DNA of 57,711 nucleotides from Simkaniaceae bacterium (GTDB lineage Bacteria; Chlamydiota; Chlamydiia; Chlamydiales; Simkaniaceae): NCBI GenBank assembly GCA_050248615.1, contig JBFWSA010000011.1, positions 1 to 57,711 of the forward strand, read 5' to 3'. Shown piece by piece: positions 56,100 to 57,711 of this stretch (position 1 is its first letter; each line of letters starts with the position of its first letter). The notes under the pieces were generated by a model. It saw only the letters and a program-made list of their open reading frames with translations, ran no database searches and was not told where the DNA came from. The position numbers and the translations under genes were made by a program.

Positions 56100-57701
56100 C
56101 TATTGAACAAGAGCTTGTCTTGGGACTGGACGCGCTGCTTGTTGAGCCCACCCATCAATAGCAGCTGATGTCTCTTTATCTAGCGTTTTTAGGCTTTTGG
56201 CTGCTTCTTCATGATCTTCAGGAGGAGTCCATGCTCTAAAAGTCGTAGACTGCATCACTCTAAAATGACCAACAGCTTCTTGAACAAGAGGGTTGAAGTT
56301 GCGCTGAGCATAAAAATTAGCATCAAGGCTGCCTGGTTTGAGTACTGCGCGTAAGAGTAAGCCTACTCCTCGATCCTCTTGAGGAATCGCTGAAACGCCC
56401 TGTCTTTGTAAGAAAGCAATTTTTCGCATACGGACTGGATCAGAAGTATCGTCTTCTGCAATGAGATCGTAAAGTTGACTTCCCACTTGAGCTGCAAAAC
56501 GTCTTTCGTCTGTCGCGAGTTCGTGGGGTTTAGACCAAGGTTTATACCATTTAGCTGCATTCGCTGCTTTCACAGCTTCGCCCATATCTGTTGCGACTTG
56601 CCCTGCAACGAGGTCCACATAGTCGTTCTTTTTCTTATCTGCTCGAAACCTCCCTTCAGGAGTGGAAACATCAAATCCTTCAGCATGATGATCTAAAGGT
56701 CTTAAAACCATAGAAGATGTGCTTGCCGTGTCAACGTCTGTATATGCAGGTACTTCTTCCCCTGTGTGAGGATTGAGTACCATGGCTCTACTACCATCAG
56801 GATTAAAAACTGGCCTTCTATATTCGGTGTTTCCATTCAGTTCCATGAGTAAGAAGTCCATGACAAATGGGCTTGCATGGGCAAACTCATCGCGTGATTT
56901 CTCAAGCTCACGAATTTGTTTATTTAACCCTGCTAGTTCGCGTTGGTCACTCTCAGTGACAGCTGGAGCAAGTCCTTCTAATTCTGCTTTTCTCGCATTC
57001 AGTTTATTGATTTCTGCCTGATGACGCTTTACAATCATTTGCTGAAGAATGCGTACCTGACGCATTTCATTCACTGCTTTTTTACCCTCAGGTGTCAAGG
57101 TATAGGTAGAACCGAGTTTTGCAATAAATCGTGGATTTCCTTCAGCTAAACCTCTTTTATGCATCACACTTGCATAGAGGTGAGATTTAAGGTTTTTACT
57201 GGTGTTCTCAAGCGCTTGAGAGGTGATTTGATAAGGAGAAACCCCATCCATATTTCCCATATAATCATGAGCAATTGTGGGGAATTTTCCCACTTCTGCA
57301 CCGAGGTATTCTTTGGTCGTTAGCGTTTCACGAATCGAGCTGAGTTGCTCCATGATATGATCCACATCAGAGGCATCTCCTCCACGAGATTCTATGAGAC
57401 GTACAACATCTTCTTTTTTAGATAAATCGTAGGTTTTAGAAATCGTATGTCCTTCACCATCTTGCTCAAAAACGGTAATCATATGCCACGTCACACTATA
57501 GCTAGCTGGAGCTTTAGGTTGACCGTTCTCGCGCTCACCTAAACATAATAAGCTTTTAAGTTGAGCAAATTTCTGAGTCACTCTTTCTTGACGCTCAGTA
57601 TCAGCGACCATCTCCTCACCTTTACCTTTTTTCTCCAAGGTGATATTGCGGTAAGCATCATCAGCGCCCCCTTGAACGTTGGTGTGAAAAGAGACCTGCA
57701 T
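56100..57701 (-). CDS. Hypothetical protein with central coiled coil (may start beyond the window edge)
   Basis: 533 aa ORF; the frame is still open at the window end. Confidence 0.7.
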   Translation of the reverse strand: MQVSFHTNVQGGADDAYRNITLEKKGKGEEMVADTERQERVTQKFAQLKSLLCLGERENGQPKAPASYSVTWHMITVFEQDGEGHTISKTYDLSKKEDVVRLIESRGGDASDVDHIMEQLSSIRETLTTKEYLGAEVGKFPTIAHDYMGNMDGVSPYQITSQALENTSKNLKSHLYASVMHKRGLAEGNPRFIAKLGSTYTLTPEGKKAVNEMRQVRILQQMIVKRHQAEINKLNARKAELEGLAPAVTESDQRELAGLNKQIRELEKSRDEFAHASPFVMDFLLMELNGNTEYRRPVFNPDGSRAMVLNPHTGEEVPAYTDVDTASTSSMVLRPLDHHAEGFDVSTPEGRFRADKKKNDYVDLVAGQVATDMGEAVKAANAAKWYKPWSKPHELATDERRFAAQVGSQLYDLIAEDDTSDPVRMRKIAFLQRQGVSAIPQEDRGVGLLLRAVLKPGSLDANFYAQRNFNPLVQEAVGHFRVMQSTTFRAWTPPEDHEEAAKSLKTLDKETSAAIDGWAQQAARPVPRQALVQ

Positions 57702-57711
57702 TGGACGTGTT

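Overview
A 57.7 kb chromosomal segment of an environmental Chlamydiota bacterium. A Simkaniaceae/Parachlamydiales-like origin is inferred from the chlamydial gene order (kdsA-lptC/A-lptB, rluD-khpA, SNF2-mreB, tRNA-Gly-tig-clpP-clpX), a stand-alone SWIB protein and an Lpg1974-type porin. The backbone is housekeeping: pheT, rpsD, nfo, asnS, hemA, recX, ndk, dtd, pckG and three tRNAs. Layered on it are four unusual things. (1) There are about a dozen short palindromic MITE-like elements from at least five sequence families, mostly 163-173 bp with TATA termini and TA target duplication, plus 35-bp minimal forms. Two are inserted in frame inside intact protein genes, and several supply stop codons. 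(2) Two unannotated 56-58 aa paralogous micro-proteins consist of a signal peptide plus a RanBP2/NZF-type zinc finger. (3) A candidate effector island holds two proteins whose N-termini resemble mitochondrial presequences, bracketed by a recently duplicated gene pair with different N- and C-termini. (4) There is one decayed IS982-family element. All calls come from reading the sequence by eye; no database searches were run.
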